Shown: positions 17,747-28,229, counted from the first letter of the stretch. The stretch is 54,500 nucleotides of DNA from an uncultured Candidatus Saccharibacteria bacterium (GCA_964503305.1 CAZCZD010000001.1:1-54500); one strand, 5' to 3'. Translations and numbers: made by a program. Notes: generated by a model from the letters alone, not told the origin.

Positions 17747-18088
17747 ATGGCCATGTTCATTAGTTACAGGGAAAAATTAGCAAAGGTTCAATCTGCGAAA
17801 AAACAAGCGGTTTATATTACCGACGTTTTCAGGAAGCAGATTGAATATTTCAAGGAAAATGGGCTCAAATTTCCGTTTGATGCGGAATACGAGCTTTCGG
17901 AGGCTGAGGGCATAATTGCGCAATTTAACGAGATTTGCCGAGACAAGACCGGAAACTTCAGAGAGCGTCACGAACGCAGAACGATGATTGCCGGGTTTGA
18001 AGAGATTTTCAAGGATTTGAATGAGAAAATCGGCGGATTAATCCGCGAAATGCACGACAGTCTCGAAGCCCAATATTACCAAAAATAA
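17747..18088 (+). CDS. Hypothetical helical protein
   Basis: 113 aa; SD AAGGAGG; promoter upstream and terminator downstream. Confidence 0.7.
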   Translation: MAMFISYREKLAKVQSAKKQAVYITDVFRKQIEYFKENGLKFPFDAEYELSEAEGIIAQFNEICRDKTGNFRERHERRTMIAGFEEIFKDLNEKIGGLIREMHDSLEAQYYQK

Positions 18089-18095
18089 TTTTTCC

Positions 18096-18125
18096 AGAGC
18101 CCGCTTGATATTTGGCGGGCTTTTT
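18096..18125 (+). terminator. Intrinsic terminator
   Basis: AGAGCCCGC...GCGGGCTTTTT. Confidence 0.7.
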
Positions 18126-18145
18126 GTTATAATATGAAAAGACTT

Positions 18146-18223
18146 GGTGGGATTAGCTCAGATGGTTAGAGCGTCTGATTGTGGTCCAGAAGGTCGTCGG
18201 TTCGATCCCGATATCCCACCCCA
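18146..18223 (+). tRNA. tRNA-His(GTG)
   Basis: Encoded G-1, acceptor GTGGGAT/ATCCCAC, C73 discriminator, anticodon loop TTGTGGT, GTTCGATC, CCA. Confidence 0.95.
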
Positions 18224-18246
18224 CATATACCAAGTCGTAGCAAATT

Positions 18247-18321
18247 GCGAGTGTAGTACAGCGGTTAGTATGCAAGTTTTCCAAACTTGAGATGAGGTTT
18301 CGACTACCTCCACTCGCACCA
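18247..18321 (+). tRNA. tRNA-Gly(TCC)
   Basis: Acceptor GCGAGTG/CACTCGC, anticodon arm CAAGT-TTTCCAA-ACTTG, T-loop TTCGACT, CCA. Confidence 0.92.
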
Positions 18322-18323
18322 TC

Positions 18324-18351
18324 AAAAAACACCCCGAAGGGTGTCTTTTTT
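18324..18351. terminator. Bidirectional intrinsic terminator
   Basis: AAAAAACACCC-CGAA-GGGTGTCTTTTT between convergent units. Confidence 0.75.
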
Positions 18352-18871
18352 ATTTGAAGTTTGGTTTGATATTAGCGGAGAAGCCGGCTGCGGCGCTTGG
18401 GCGGGACGGAGCGGAGCCACCAGTTTTATATGGGACATAGCCGCCAGAGCGTTCGCCTGGTTTCCCTGTTGCGCCACCGATGCCAACGACATCATCGCCA
18501 GAGGTGCGACCGAAGCTGGTTCTGACATTACCTTCAGCATCGCCAGAGGTGTTTGCGCGTCCAGCAAAATGTTCAGCGTTCGAATCAAAAAGGGCATTTT
18601 GGCCGCCTTCAGTGCGAGGGGTGAATTTCTTTGCGTGGCGAAGACCTAAAGTTGATTCAAAGATTTTCGAGTTATTATATTTTTGGACAAATTTACGCTT
18701 TGCTTCGATAGCTTTGCGCTCTTCCATACTCATGCCAACAGAGGCCGTACCAATATTACCGGCATTTTGAGCTGTGGCATAAGAAGAAGAATGGAAAAAT
18801 TCTTCTTTTTTGTCATTTTTCATCGCAAACTCGCGGACGAGTTTGTTGTCTTTTGAAGCAAGATTTTGCAT
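18350..18871 (-). CDS. Hypothetical protein with a Gly-rich C-terminus
   Basis: 173 aa; SD GGAGG; follows the upstream gene by 8 nt. Confidence 0.7.
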   Translation of the reverse strand: MQNLASKDNKLVREFAMKNDKKEEFFHSSSYATAQNAGNIGTASVGMSMEERKAIEAKRKFVQKYNNSKIFESTLGLRHAKKFTPRTEGGQNALFDSNAEHFAGRANTSGDAEGNVRTSFGRTSGDDVVGIGGATGKPGERSGGYVPYKTGGSAPSRPSAAAGFSANIKPNFK

Positions 18872-18879
18872 TTTCCCTC

Positions 18880-20034
18880 CTATTGGAAGAGTGCGAGATA
18901 AGCGATTGCGCCGACAGTTGCACCGAGGATGATTGTCAAGAAAATTGCGATAATGAGAGAAACTTTTGAGGTTTTTGGTGCGTCGTTTACGACCATTGTT
19001 GGGACATCTTTATTGTTTTTCTCTTTCGCGACGGTGCGAGCATAGATATTTTTGTGTGGAATTGGCTCATTATAAGGGACGTAACGGCCACGAGCTTTTG
19101 TTTTTCCGCCAAGGCGGGAAGCTGGGGCTGTTGCGAGAGTTGCAGTCGATTCAAAAGTCTTGTTTCCGCCAGAAAGTGGGCGTTTTTCAACTTCGGTATT
19201 AATGAATGGTGAGCGACCACCGAGGACATAGCGAGCGTTATTTTTCGAAGTATCTTCGACTTCTTTTTCAATTTCATCAATATCGTCAAGATAGCCGTTT
19301 TTAGTTTCTTCTTCAACGAAGTCTTCAGTGTCATCACTCTCTTCGAGAGATTCGGTTTCTTTTTCAAGGTCATTAAGCTCTGCTTCAAAATCTTCAACTG
19401 AACCGAGGCGTTTTTCGACTTTTTCCTTGCGACCAAAGAGGCCGTGACGTTTCTCGACTTCTTCCTCTTCTTCTGGTTCGGAAACTTCGATTGCGCGTTC
19501 AGCTGGTTTTGCGAGAGGATCGCGAGAACCACGAGGATTGCGGAATTCGCGGATTGGTGCGGATTTCATCATATTCTCAGCTTCACGACGGCGCTCAAGC
19601 TCTTCACGAGCAGCTTTTGCACGGCGTTCAGCAAGAAGACGTTGGCGTTCTTTCAAAGCGCGAGCTTCAATCATTGCGCGGTGCTTTGCACGCTCCATGC
19701 GTTCTCTTTGGAGTTCAAATTCTTTTTCACGGGCAGCAAGAGCCTCAGCATTCTCTTCGCGCTCAGCTTCGAGACGACGAGCAAGGTCTTTTCTTGCGGC
19801 AATTGCACGACGCTTCGCAATTAAATCTTGTTCCTTTTGGAGCTCGATTTGACGAGCGATTTCCTCGCGACGAGCGACTTCGCGCTTTGCGAGTTCGTGG
19901 CGACGTCTTTCATTGTCGGTTTCTTGTGGTTTTTTGCGAGGTGCATTCGCGGAAGCGCCTCTTGGAGCAAAATCCATCATTCGTCCGCGAGAACGTACGA
20001 TAGGTTTTACGGATTGTTCTTCGTTGTCATTCAT
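18880..20034 (-). CDS. Hypothetical coiled-coil protein with a C-terminal membrane anchor
   Basis: R/E/A-rich helix, acidic region, three VEKR motifs, terminal TM. Confidence 0.78.
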   Translation of the reverse strand: MNDNEEQSVKPIVRSRGRMMDFAPRGASANAPRKKPQETDNERRRHELAKREVARREEIARQIELQKEQDLIAKRRAIAARKDLARRLEAEREENAEALAAREKEFELQRERMERAKHRAMIEARALKERQRLLAERRAKAAREELERRREAENMMKSAPIREFRNPRGSRDPLAKPAERAIEVSEPEEEEEVEKRHGLFGRKEKVEKRLGSVEDFEAELNDLEKETESLEESDDTEDFVEEETKNGYLDDIDEIEKEVEDTSKNNARYVLGGRSPFINTEVEKRPLSGGNKTFESTATLATAPASRLGGKTKARGRYVPYNEPIPHKNIYARTVAKEKNNKDVPTMVVNDAPKTSKVSLIIAIFLTIILGATVGAIAYLALFQ

Positions 20035-20143
20035 TTCTGGTATACCTAAATAACGTTATTTGTTTTATGACCTATTTATTTCTCTTTTATTGTATAGTAT
20101 TTCGCAAAAAAATGCAAAATCTTAATGTTTTAAGCACGTTTTC

Positions 20144-20920
20144 TTAAGCGCGGATGCGTTTTGCGAGCTCAATAATATCGATAAAATGGTCGGAAATGAG
20201 GCTTGCGCCACCGATTAAAAGACCATTTACACCAGGGATAGTGAGATAAGCGCCGGCATTGTTCGGATTTACGGAACCACCATAGAGAATTGGGGTTTCT
20301 TCGGCAGCCTCTTTGCCATAAGCTTCTTTGAGTTCAGAGCGAATTAACTTAATCGAGGTGGCAATTTCGTCTGGAGCGGCAAGGTGGGCGCCTTTGTTGC
20401 TCGAGATTGCCCAAACTGGTTCATAGGCGATGATGACTTTTTTGACGTCGTCGACATCAATTTCAGAAAGCGCACCGTGGAGCTGGTCGCGAATCACGTC
20501 GGCAGTTTCGCCAAAGTTGCGCTCGTTTTCGGTTTCGCCAATACAAAGAATTGGAGTGATGTTGTTTCGAATTGCGGAAGCAACTTTTTGCTTCAAATCT
20601 TTGTTGGTTTCATTAAAAATGTAGCGACGTTCAGAGTGACCGATGATAGCGTAGTTCACGAGACCATGAAGCTGAGTGACGGAAACTTCGCCGGTATATG
20701 CACCGTATTCCTTAGCGTAAAAGTTCTGTGCACAGAGTTTTACTTTCGATTTGTTTTTGTCGAGTTGCATACGCAAAGGTTGAAGCGCAATCAGGCTTGG
20801 TGCGACTGCAATTTCAAGACCTTTGGCCGGCTTGATACGTTTTAAGAGTTTTTGAAGATAGATTGAAGATTCACCGACAGTTAGGTTCATCTTCCAGTTG
20901 CCCACGATATAAGTTTTCAT
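20144..20920 (-). CDS. tpiA: Triosephosphate isomerase
   Basis: GNWKMN, GAYTGE, IGHSERR, AYEPVWAI and LYGGSV motifs; start at ATG 20920. Confidence 0.96.
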   Translation of the reverse strand: MKTYIVGNWKMNLTVGESSIYLQKLLKRIKPAKGLEIAVAPSLIALQPLRMQLDKNKSKVKLCAQNFYAKEYGAYTGEVSVTQLHGLVNYAIIGHSERRYIFNETNKDLKQKVASAIRNNITPILCIGETENERNFGETADVIRDQLHGALSEIDVDDVKKVIIAYEPVWAISSNKGAHLAAPDEIATSIKLIRSELKEAYGKEAAEETPILYGGSVNPNNAGAYLTIPGVNGLLIGGASLISDHFIDIIELAKRIRA

Positions 20921-23166
20921 GATTTTATTATAGCATAAAAGCATAAACAGAGTAAGGTGACAAGAGAAACAATTTCTGCAACTCTCCAGAAAGTTGGCGG
21001 AACAAATTTAATCACAATGGTTCCATCAGTTTCTGGTGCGAGTTTGACGGAGATTAAGTAATCGTCAGACATGCCGAGTTCAACATTTCTTCCATCACCA
21101 TCAGTTGCCTCAAAATATCTGTAGGCATAAACTGGTAGGCTTACAGAAACCTCTTCTTTGCTAGTATTGACATAAGTTAAGCGGTATTCTCTGCCATCTC
21201 GTACAAAATCGGTTTTAACTTGTTTTTCGTTCTTGCTAACGACAACTTTCGAATCGCGCGAGTCAGCAACGGACTTTTTGTCAGCTGGCAAATATTCTTT
21301 ATTTACAATTTCCATTGTAAGTTCCTTGGTGCCGTAAGGAACGGAAATAGTATCTCTCTCGTGAACACAGCTATATGAAAAGCTCAATGTCCCGATAATT
21401 GCAGCCGCAATGAAAGCGAGATAAATATGTTTTTCGTTTTTGACTAGAGATGTGTTTTTTAGATTCGACAATACAATTGTTGCGGCGAAAGCGAATGAAG
21501 CCGTAGCAATTGAGATGAACCTGAATGGGAACTGAATTGCAAAGACCGCGGTTATAATTTGTTTAGGAATGAACATGAAAAGTGTATTCCATGGGAAGAA
21601 GAATGAACCGGCAAGAAGCGCAATGCCACCAAAAATTGTTAAATATTTTACAGCACTATAGGAAGTTTTTTCGATTTTTTCATTGTTTTTATTCGCAATA
21701 AGGAACCAAATTGATAGTGCTACAGCGAGAGTTAAAGCAATACCGAAGGTAATGAATTGAGAAGAGTCTGGAATTGGATTCAAATATGCAGTTAGATCAG
21801 CGCTCATATCTTGTACAAAGCCGACAAGGCCTCTATTCGCGATATTAGTTGATTGGTTCAACATGTAGTCAGTAAGCGGGACTAGCGACCAAATAGACAA
21901 AGCAAGACACATCAATGCCGCCTTAACTAGGCTGAAGAAACGTTCTCTTTTTAGAGTCTTCTTAATTTTTATTAGACAGAAGAGGAAGACAAACCCAACG
22001 CAGAGCTCGGTTGAAATAACATGGCACATTGAAATGAGTGCAATACCAATGCCAAGCGGAGCATAATCTTTAAAACGAGGCTTTTTTTCAGTGAAGATTC
22101 GATATAGGCCGAGAATGACAAGCGGAATAAATGTCATTGCCGTGAATTCGCCAACTGCGCCACGAATCAAGACGTTCGACATGCGATATGCACTGACTGT
22201 ATAGATTAATGAGCCGATTAAGCTAGCCTTGGAACTCTTAGTGATTTTCTTCATACATAAGTATGCAATCAGACAAGTAGCTAGCGTAACCAAAATATAA
22301 TAAATCTGGTAACAGGTCCTAAGTGGAATAAATGCGAGATATAGGAGCGCTGGGATATACAAGAAGATATCACAATAGAAAATTGAATTTGGATATGCGT
22401 GGTCATTCAACATACTCGTCATCATTCGTGATGGGAAGCTACCATTTTTAAGTTCCTCAGCAACAGCAGAAATGCGACTTAGATGAAATTCCATATCGTG
22501 TCCGTTCGGAATAACATCGGAGAAGAATGCTATACTAGCAAGCAAGACAATTCCAGCGATAGCCGTCACAATCTTTTTAGTATGTGGCGAAAACTTCTTT
22601 GATGTATAGAACAAATAAACACCATCAATAAATGCAAAGAGCAGTAAAATGGCGACAATAAAAGTGAAGCGATATGGCACAAATTCATTAATTTGGATAC
22701 CATACAAGCGGAACTTTTTATCACCATTATAAACGGTTCTTAAAACGAAAGCTTGGCTAATATTTGAATAAACTCTTCCAGTTTCCTGATTCGATAGATT
22801 CGTCAAAATAATTCTGGAATCCGGAATCTCATTTTTCAATTTACTATTCATGAAAATGAGATGAGCAGTGTTTTCTTCGTCGACAGATTCGTCTGAAACG
22901 ATTTCATAGTTAGCAGAAACCTCATAGGCACCAAGATGAAAACGACCATAAAGATTTTTTAGACCGCTATTCTCTTTTGTGAGTTCAATAGCGCCATCAT
23001 TAAGCTTCATATCGTTTTGGCTTGCTAATTCTTCAGCAGAATATTCATAATGCGTAACAGGGCGAGTTGTTAAATATGCTCCAAGTAGCAATACAACTAA
23101 GGACTCAAAAACTACTGCCCAAGCGATTTTATTCTTTGGCCAAAATTTTTTCAATGAGAATTTCAT
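20917..23166 (-). CDS. Polytopic membrane protein, GT-C/YfhO-like glycosyltransferase
   Basis: GHDMEFHLSRI, YPNSIFY, RGAVGE, IQFPFRF and EYLP motifs; many TM segments. Confidence 0.72.
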   Translation of the reverse strand: MKFSLKKFWPKNKIAWAVVFESLVVLLLGAYLTTRPVTHYEYSAEELASQNDMKLNDGAIELTKENSGLKNLYGRFHLGAYEVSANYEIVSDESVDEENTAHLIFMNSKLKNEIPDSRIILTNLSNQETGRVYSNISQAFVLRTVYNGDKKFRLYGIQINEFVPYRFTFIVAILLLFAFIDGVYLFYTSKKFSPHTKKIVTAIAGIVLLASIAFFSDVIPNGHDMEFHLSRISAVAEELKNGSFPSRMMTSMLNDHAYPNSIFYCDIFLYIPALLYLAFIPLRTCYQIYYILVTLATCLIAYLCMKKITKSSKASLIGSLIYTVSAYRMSNVLIRGAVGEFTAMTFIPLVILGLYRIFTEKKPRFKDYAPLGIGIALISMCHVISTELCVGFVFLFCLIKIKKTLKRERFFSLVKAALMCLALSIWSLVPLTDYMLNQSTNIANRGLVGFVQDMSADLTAYLNPIPDSSQFITFGIALTLAVALSIWFLIANKNNEKIEKTSYSAVKYLTIFGGIALLAGSFFFPWNTLFMFIPKQIITAVFAIQFPFRFISIATASFAFAATIVLSNLKNTSLVKNEKHIYLAFIAAAIIGTLSFSYSCVHERDTISVPYGTKELTMEIVNKEYLPADKKSVADSRDSKVVVSKNEKQVKTDFVRDGREYRLTYVNTSKEEVSVSLPVYAYRYFEATDGDGRNVELGMSDDYLISVKLAPETDGTIVIKFVPPTFWRVAEIVSLVTLLCLCFYAIIKS

Positions 23167-23167
23167 T

Positions 23168-23956
23168 TTACATTACTCCTAAAATACCGCGGAGAGCAAA
23201 AGCGGTGTCTTCGTGGCTACGGACCGTAATGGTGTCGAAGCCCATTTGGACAACTGGATAATCGTTACCGCCAGGTTGCGTCATGTCACCAAAGTAGAGA
23301 ACATCTTTCATGTCGAGCTTCAAATATTCGAGAAGTTTCGTCATACCAAATTGCTTGTTCATGCCTGGGGTGATAGCGTTAATCGAAGTAGTACCACCGA
23401 TTTCATATTCGAACTCTGGAGCTTTTTCTTTACAAAGTTTAACAATTTGTTCGCGTTTCTTACAATCTGGATCCCAAGCATATTTAGCTTCAGTACCAGC
23501 TTTTTGGCCGAGTGCAGAGAAAGTAACTTGAGAAAGACGATTTTCGATGATTTCATCGCCAGGAGCGAGCTTATCTTCTTCCCAGAAGCCAAGTTCTTTA
23601 GCTGATTCTTCGATGGTTTTAGTAATTTTCGCGACTTGCTCATCGGTTAATGGGTAGTTGTAAACTTGTTCCCAATTTTCTTTTGCGTAGCCTTTTCCGG
23701 AAGGAACATAACGATAATATTGAGTACCCTGAGCGACAAAAAGGTGAAGATGAGAAAGTTGTTCTTCGGTTGCTTTACCAGTTTCAACGAGGCGGTCGAC
23801 AATTTGGATTAAGAATTGGTCGAATTTTTGGCCAGAAATTGGACAAATTTCGAAATGGTTAAGACAATCCGTCAAAAGTACAGCGATTTCATCAGGAATC
23901 GGAGTCTTTGCAATATTTAATGTTTGATCGATATCAAACGAAAGAACTTTTTTCAT
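23168..23956 (-). CDS. HAD-IIB hydrolase, phosphomannomutase-like
   Basis: FDIDQTL, ENRLSQVT, IGGTTSI and YFGD...GGNDY motifs. Confidence 0.85.
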   Translation of the reverse strand: MKKVLSFDIDQTLNIAKTPIPDEIAVLLTDCLNHFEICPISGQKFDQFLIQIVDRLVETGKATEEQLSHLHLFVAQGTQYYRYVPSGKGYAKENWEQVYNYPLTDEQVAKITKTIEESAKELGFWEEDKLAPGDEIIENRLSQVTFSALGQKAGTEAKYAWDPDCKKREQIVKLCKEKAPEFEYEIGGTTSINAITPGMNKQFGMTKLLEYLKLDMKDVLYFGDMTQPGGNDYPVVQMGFDTITVRSHEDTAFALRGILGVM

Positions 23957-23988
23957 TTTTACCTCCTTAGATTTTTTTCAAAAAACAG

Positions 23989-25287
23989 TTATTTAACGAG
24001 AGCGAATTTGTTTTTGCCACGCTTTAAGATTGAGACAGATTTAATTACAAAATTTTCATCAGTAACTTTTTCGCCGTTGACGGAAATTGCATTTCCGGCA
24101 AGCATTTTTCTTGCCTCACTTTTGCTACTTACGAGTTCAGTTTCAACGAGAGCGTCGATGATTCCGATTTCCGGGCGTTCATCGGTCAAACGAAGAGTTG
24201 GAAGGAGAAGCGAAATGCTTTCAACTTCGGTCTCAGAAAGTTGGCCGAGTTTCTTGCCGCCGAAGAGGATTTCAGTCAAAGTGATTGCAGCTTTGGCGGA
24301 AGTTTTGCCATGAACAACTTCAGTCACACCTTTTGCGAGAGCTTTTTGGGCGATACGTTTTTCTGGAGCCTCTTTATGTTCAGCGAGAATTGATTCAATT
24401 TCTTCTTTTGAGTAGACAGTGTAAATCTTCAAGAGATACTCAACGGCTTCGTCGGATTGATTGAGCCAGAATTGGTAGAAATCGAAGACGGAAGTGAAGT
24501 TTCCCTGTCCGTTGTCGGAGGAAGCGAGCCAGACGGCATTTCCTTCGGATTTACCAAATTTGCGGCCAGTGACTGGATCGATGATGAGTGGAGTTGACCA
24601 GACGTCAGCTTCAGCGTTTTCGAACTTGTTGATTAAGCGAATACCAGTTGAGGCGTTGCCGAACTGATCGGCACCACATAGCTGAAGGTCAATGCCGTAT
24701 TCTTTGTAGAGGTGCCAAAAATCGTAGCCCTGAATAAGGGTGTAACTAAATTCAGCATAAGAAATTCCGGAGCCACCTTCGCCGATACGGTTTTGGATGA
24801 ATTTACGGTCGAGAAGTTGCGTCATCGAGAAAGCTTTACCGACGGTGCGAAGGAACTCGAGATAGTTCATATCTTTGAACCAGTCGTAGTTGTCGACCAT
24901 AGTAACTTCCCAGTCGTCGTTTTCAGCGTCGCCATCATCTTTAGTATTAGCAGCGCCGTCTGGAGAGACGATGGATTCCATTTGCTTTTTAATGCAAGCT
25001 TTATTATGTTCGATTTCTTCGAGCGGCTTTAATTCGCGTTCGCCGTTTTCTTTTGGATCGCCAATTTGGCCGGTTGCACCGCCAACGAGAAGATATGGTT
25101 TATATCCGTGGCGCACAAAACAAGCGCACATCATCAGAGCTGCGAGATTGCCGATGGTTAATGAATCAGCAGAAGGATCAGCTCCGAGATAGAATTTTTT
25201 GGACGCGCGGTTATCAAGGTTTGCTGGGTCTTTGATGGTGGTTTCAGCTTGGAAGCCACGCCAAATTAATTCTTCGGATAGTTTCAT
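23989..25287 (-). CDS. tyrS: Tyrosyl-tRNA synthetase
   Basis: YLGADPSADSLTIGN, EFSYTLIQGYD, GADQFGN, KFGKS and a C-terminal S4-like domain; start at ATG 25287. Confidence 0.96.
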   Translation of the reverse strand: MKLSEELIWRGFQAETTIKDPANLDNRASKKFYLGADPSADSLTIGNLAALMMCACFVRHGYKPYLLVGGATGQIGDPKENGERELKPLEEIEHNKACIKKQMESIVSPDGAANTKDDGDAENDDWEVTMVDNYDWFKDMNYLEFLRTVGKAFSMTQLLDRKFIQNRIGEGGSGISYAEFSYTLIQGYDFWHLYKEYGIDLQLCGADQFGNASTGIRLINKFENAEADVWSTPLIIDPVTGRKFGKSEGNAVWLASSDNGQGNFTSVFDFYQFWLNQSDEAVEYLLKIYTVYSKEEIESILAEHKEAPEKRIAQKALAKGVTEVVHGKTSAKAAITLTEILFGGKKLGQLSETEVESISLLLPTLRLTDERPEIGIIDALVETELVSSKSEARKMLAGNAISVNGEKVTDENFVIKSVSILKRGKNKFALVK

Positions 25288-25306
25288 AATAATATTATTA
25301 TAACAT

Positions 25307-25336
25307 AAAAACAGGGAGTTTTTCACTCCCTGTTTT
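25307..25336 (-). terminator. Intrinsic terminator after the PBP gene
   Basis: AAAACAGGGAGT...ACTCCCTGTTTT. Confidence 0.7.
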
Positions 25337-25341
25337 ATTTT

Positions 25342-28125
25342 TTATTGTACTGTGTATTCGCCAGAAGTTTCATCATAGCCTTTTGTATCGACTACTCTGA
25401 CTTTAATTTTATCACCAGATTTTGCGGTTATTTTGACAGCATAGCTACCATCAGTCTGATGAATACTTCCTATGTCGCCGGTCGCGACTTGCTTATCATT
25501 GACGAGAATATAGTAAGTCTTTAGTTCAGAAGTACCTTTTTCAGCGCCAAAGAAGACTTGTCCGGCACTATAGTTTTGGATCGCAACGGTTGGAGGTCGG
25601 TTTTGACAATCGTCTTCCGATTCACGGTCGTAGCCGTCTGGGATGCCAGAGTAAATTTTCGATTTGGTAATTGGATCTTCCATCACAGTAACTTCGATTT
25701 TCTCTTTCAAAGATTCTGGAGTACAGTCTTTTGCGAGTTTCTTTGTGATCTTATTAAAGACGAGGGTTTCTTTCTTTGCGCCAGAGGTCTTTGAGTTGTA
25801 CCAGCTTGGCCAGATGTCGTTTTGACCGTTTACGGTCTTCTTGGTGATACCCGAAGGTTTCGACCAGCGATCACCCGACTTCCATTTGCCTTCTTTAGCA
25901 TAGATTTGTTTGTGAACATTTTCCATGTAGTCGTTTACGACACGGCGGACAAGGTTGTTTGAAGAGCTGCTAAGGCCAGAACCATCATGCTTACCATTCC
26001 AGACAGTCGTTGCAACTGCGGTCGAGAAGCTTGCAATCCATGAGTCTTTTGTCACGGCTGAGTTCGAGGTGGTAGTAGTACCAGTCTTCGTACCAGTGAT
26101 AACGCCAGGAATCTTGAAGCCGAAGGCGTTAGTCATTGAGCCGAACATGGTTGAACGAGCGTTAGCATCGCTTAAGATGTCTGCGAGCATGTAGGCGACT
26201 TGTTCGTCATAGACGCGTTCGCCTTCTTTATCTTCCCATTTTTCAATGATGTCACCAGATGAATTCTTCATTTCGAGGACGTAGGTAAGTGGTTTATAGA
26301 CACCGCCACGAGAAATTGATGCGTAAGCGTTCGCGTGTTCAATTCCCTTCACGCCACAACCAGAACCGATAGCGATTGAGAGACCATAAGTTGATTCGTC
26401 ACGGCCTTCACAATAGCTCCAGTCACCAAGTTTGTGTGCGATTTCGAGAGAGTTCTCAATACCGTTGATATAGAGGGCTTTAACAGCACCAATGTTGAAC
26501 GAGTTTGCAAGAGACTTGCGGATTGTGATGTTACCATAGAATCTTCCAGAGTAGTTGCGGAGCTTACATGACGAACCAGAATAGCCACCACAATAAATCT
26601 TATCGATATTTTCATCTTTCAAAATTGAACCTGGACCATAGTTTGTGCCTTCACGTTGCATGAAGAGTGGACCATAGTCGAGAATTGGTTTAATTGATGA
26701 ACCTGGTTCGAGGAGCGAGGTGGTAGCATTAAGCTCACCATAGCCCTTCTTATTCCAGTCGATTGAGCCAACCATTGCAATGACTTGGCCAGTTTCAACG
26801 TCGACTGAGCTGAGTGCGATGTTGTCGGATCTGTTTAATTTAGTCATCTTTGCGCCAGTCGCAACAGCAGCTTCAGCATATTTTTGTGCACGATAATCAA
26901 GCGAAGTTGTGATAGTGAAACCACCAGCACGCATAGTCTTCATACCATATTTCTCTTCGAGTTGTTTCTTCACTTCGAGAACGAAATGTGGAGCTTTGAT
27001 GTTTTCATACTGACCAGTTTCTGGAAGAATTGTGTCGAGAATGTCGATAGCTTTTGCTTCATCACGTTGTTCCGCAGTGATGTAGCCAAGTTCGCACATC
27101 ACATCAAGAGTCTTTTGTTGACGAGCAATAAGAGCTTCATTTCCGGCAGTATTGTATGGGTTGAGAACGGCTGGGTTGTTTGGAATTGCAGCGAGAAGAG
27201 CAGCTTCAGCAAGAGTCAAATCTTTTGCGCTTTTACCAAAGTAAGCTTGAGCAGCAGATTCAACGCCATTACGACGGCCACCATATGGAGACTCGTTGAG
27301 ATAGAATGTGATAATTTGTTCCTTAGAATACATCTTCTCGACTTCGATTGCGAGAATCATTTCCTTGATTTTACGAGCGAGGCCACCACGGTTTTTAGAA
27401 GAAGCTTCGTCAGAGAAATAGACCTGCTTAATCAGCTGCTGAGTCAAAGTTGAACCACCTTGGACACCTTGGTGCGTCAAAATCGACCAAGCAGCACGGG
27501 TGATACCGGTGATATCGATACCTTTGTGGTTATAGAAGTTTCTATCCTCGATTGCGACGGTTGCTTGTTTCATGATTTCTGGGATATTTTCAGCATCAGT
27601 CACGAGACGATAGTCACCATCACCACGGTCTTCCCAAAGCACTTCACCGTTACGATCGAGATAGACGTTCACGGATTCAGAGACTTTCATTTCATCGAGG
27701 CGGATGGATTCAAGATCTTTCTTGTAGTAGAGGAAAAGACCCCCAAGAATAATTACGCCGATTAAGAAAAGTGCGGCGATGGATTTTAAGAAGAAGAAAA
27801 GTCCTTTTTTGCTGAAGATAAACTTCGCAACACGTTTTGGGTGGAGATGCGCGAAAAAGCGAAGTACTGGATTTTTTGGCATATCAGCAAGCTCTTCAGC
27901 TTCTTTACGAGCTTTAGCCTCTTTCTTGGCTTTTCTGCGGTAGCTCAAGCTAGAATAGATATTTAATGATTTGTCCTTTTTGGAAAACACCGATTTCTTT
28001 GGAGATTTGGTTTTCTTCGAAGTCTCTTTCGATGTCTTTTTCGGAAGTTTTTCCTTGAGGGATTTTCCGGCCGTTTTCAATTTTGAAAACGCAGCAGAAC
28101 TTTTCTTTTCTTTTGTCATTTCCAC
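25342..28125 (-). CDS. Class A penicillin-binding protein (transglycosylase/transpeptidase)
   Basis: EDRNFYNHKG, GGSTLTQQL and RKIKE transglycosylase motifs; SSIK, SFN and KTGT transpeptidase motifs. Confidence 0.93.
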   Translation of the reverse strand: MEMTKEKKSSAAFSKLKTAGKSLKEKLPKKTSKETSKKTKSPKKSVFSKKDKSLNIYSSLSYRRKAKKEAKARKEAEELADMPKNPVLRFFAHLHPKRVAKFIFSKKGLFFFLKSIAALFLIGVIILGGLFLYYKKDLESIRLDEMKVSESVNVYLDRNGEVLWEDRGDGDYRLVTDAENIPEIMKQATVAIEDRNFYNHKGIDITGITRAAWSILTHQGVQGGSTLTQQLIKQVYFSDEASSKNRGGLARKIKEMILAIEVEKMYSKEQIITFYLNESPYGGRRNGVESAAQAYFGKSAKDLTLAEAALLAAIPNNPAVLNPYNTAGNEALIARQQKTLDVMCELGYITAEQRDEAKAIDILDTILPETGQYENIKAPHFVLEVKKQLEEKYGMKTMRAGGFTITTSLDYRAQKYAEAAVATGAKMTKLNRSDNIALSSVDVETGQVIAMVGSIDWNKKGYGELNATTSLLEPGSSIKPILDYGPLFMQREGTNYGPGSILKDENIDKIYCGGYSGSSCKLRNYSGRFYGNITIRKSLANSFNIGAVKALYINGIENSLEIAHKLGDWSYCEGRDESTYGLSIAIGSGCGVKGIEHANAYASISRGGVYKPLTYVLEMKNSSGDIIEKWEDKEGERVYDEQVAYMLADILSDANARSTMFGSMTNAFGFKIPGVITGTKTGTTTTSNSAVTKDSWIASFSTAVATTVWNGKHDGSGLSSSSNNLVRRVVNDYMENVHKQIYAKEGKWKSGDRWSKPSGITKKTVNGQNDIWPSWYNSKTSGAKKETLVFNKITKKLAKDCTPESLKEKIEVTVMEDPITKSKIYSGIPDGYDRESEDDCQNRPPTVAIQNYSAGQVFFGAEKGTSELKTYYILVNDKQVATGDIGSIHQTDGSYAVKITAKSGDKIKVRVVDTKGYDETSGEYTVQ

Positions 28126-28229
28126 CTCTACTTAATATTTATAGCTCTTTCTATTTTATCATAAAAACAAGTAGATTCCAAATCTTCTCACCTTGATTTC
28201 TTCCCTATTTATGGTATAATTTAGGGGCA

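Noticed and set aside
13464-18088. Prophage or integrative element next to tRNA-His/Gly
   Set aside because: No integrase, transposase, phage genes or tRNA-derived direct repeat were found.
17700-18125. Leader-trailer pairing for the 17747 gene
   Set aside because: Only weak G-U-rich pairing and a poor boxA-like match, so it is not counted as an instance.
18141-18236. GACTTGGT/ACCAAGTC inverted repeat flanking tRNA-His
   Set aside because: Only 8 bp and partly within the acceptor stem; at most a precursor fold, not an element boundary.
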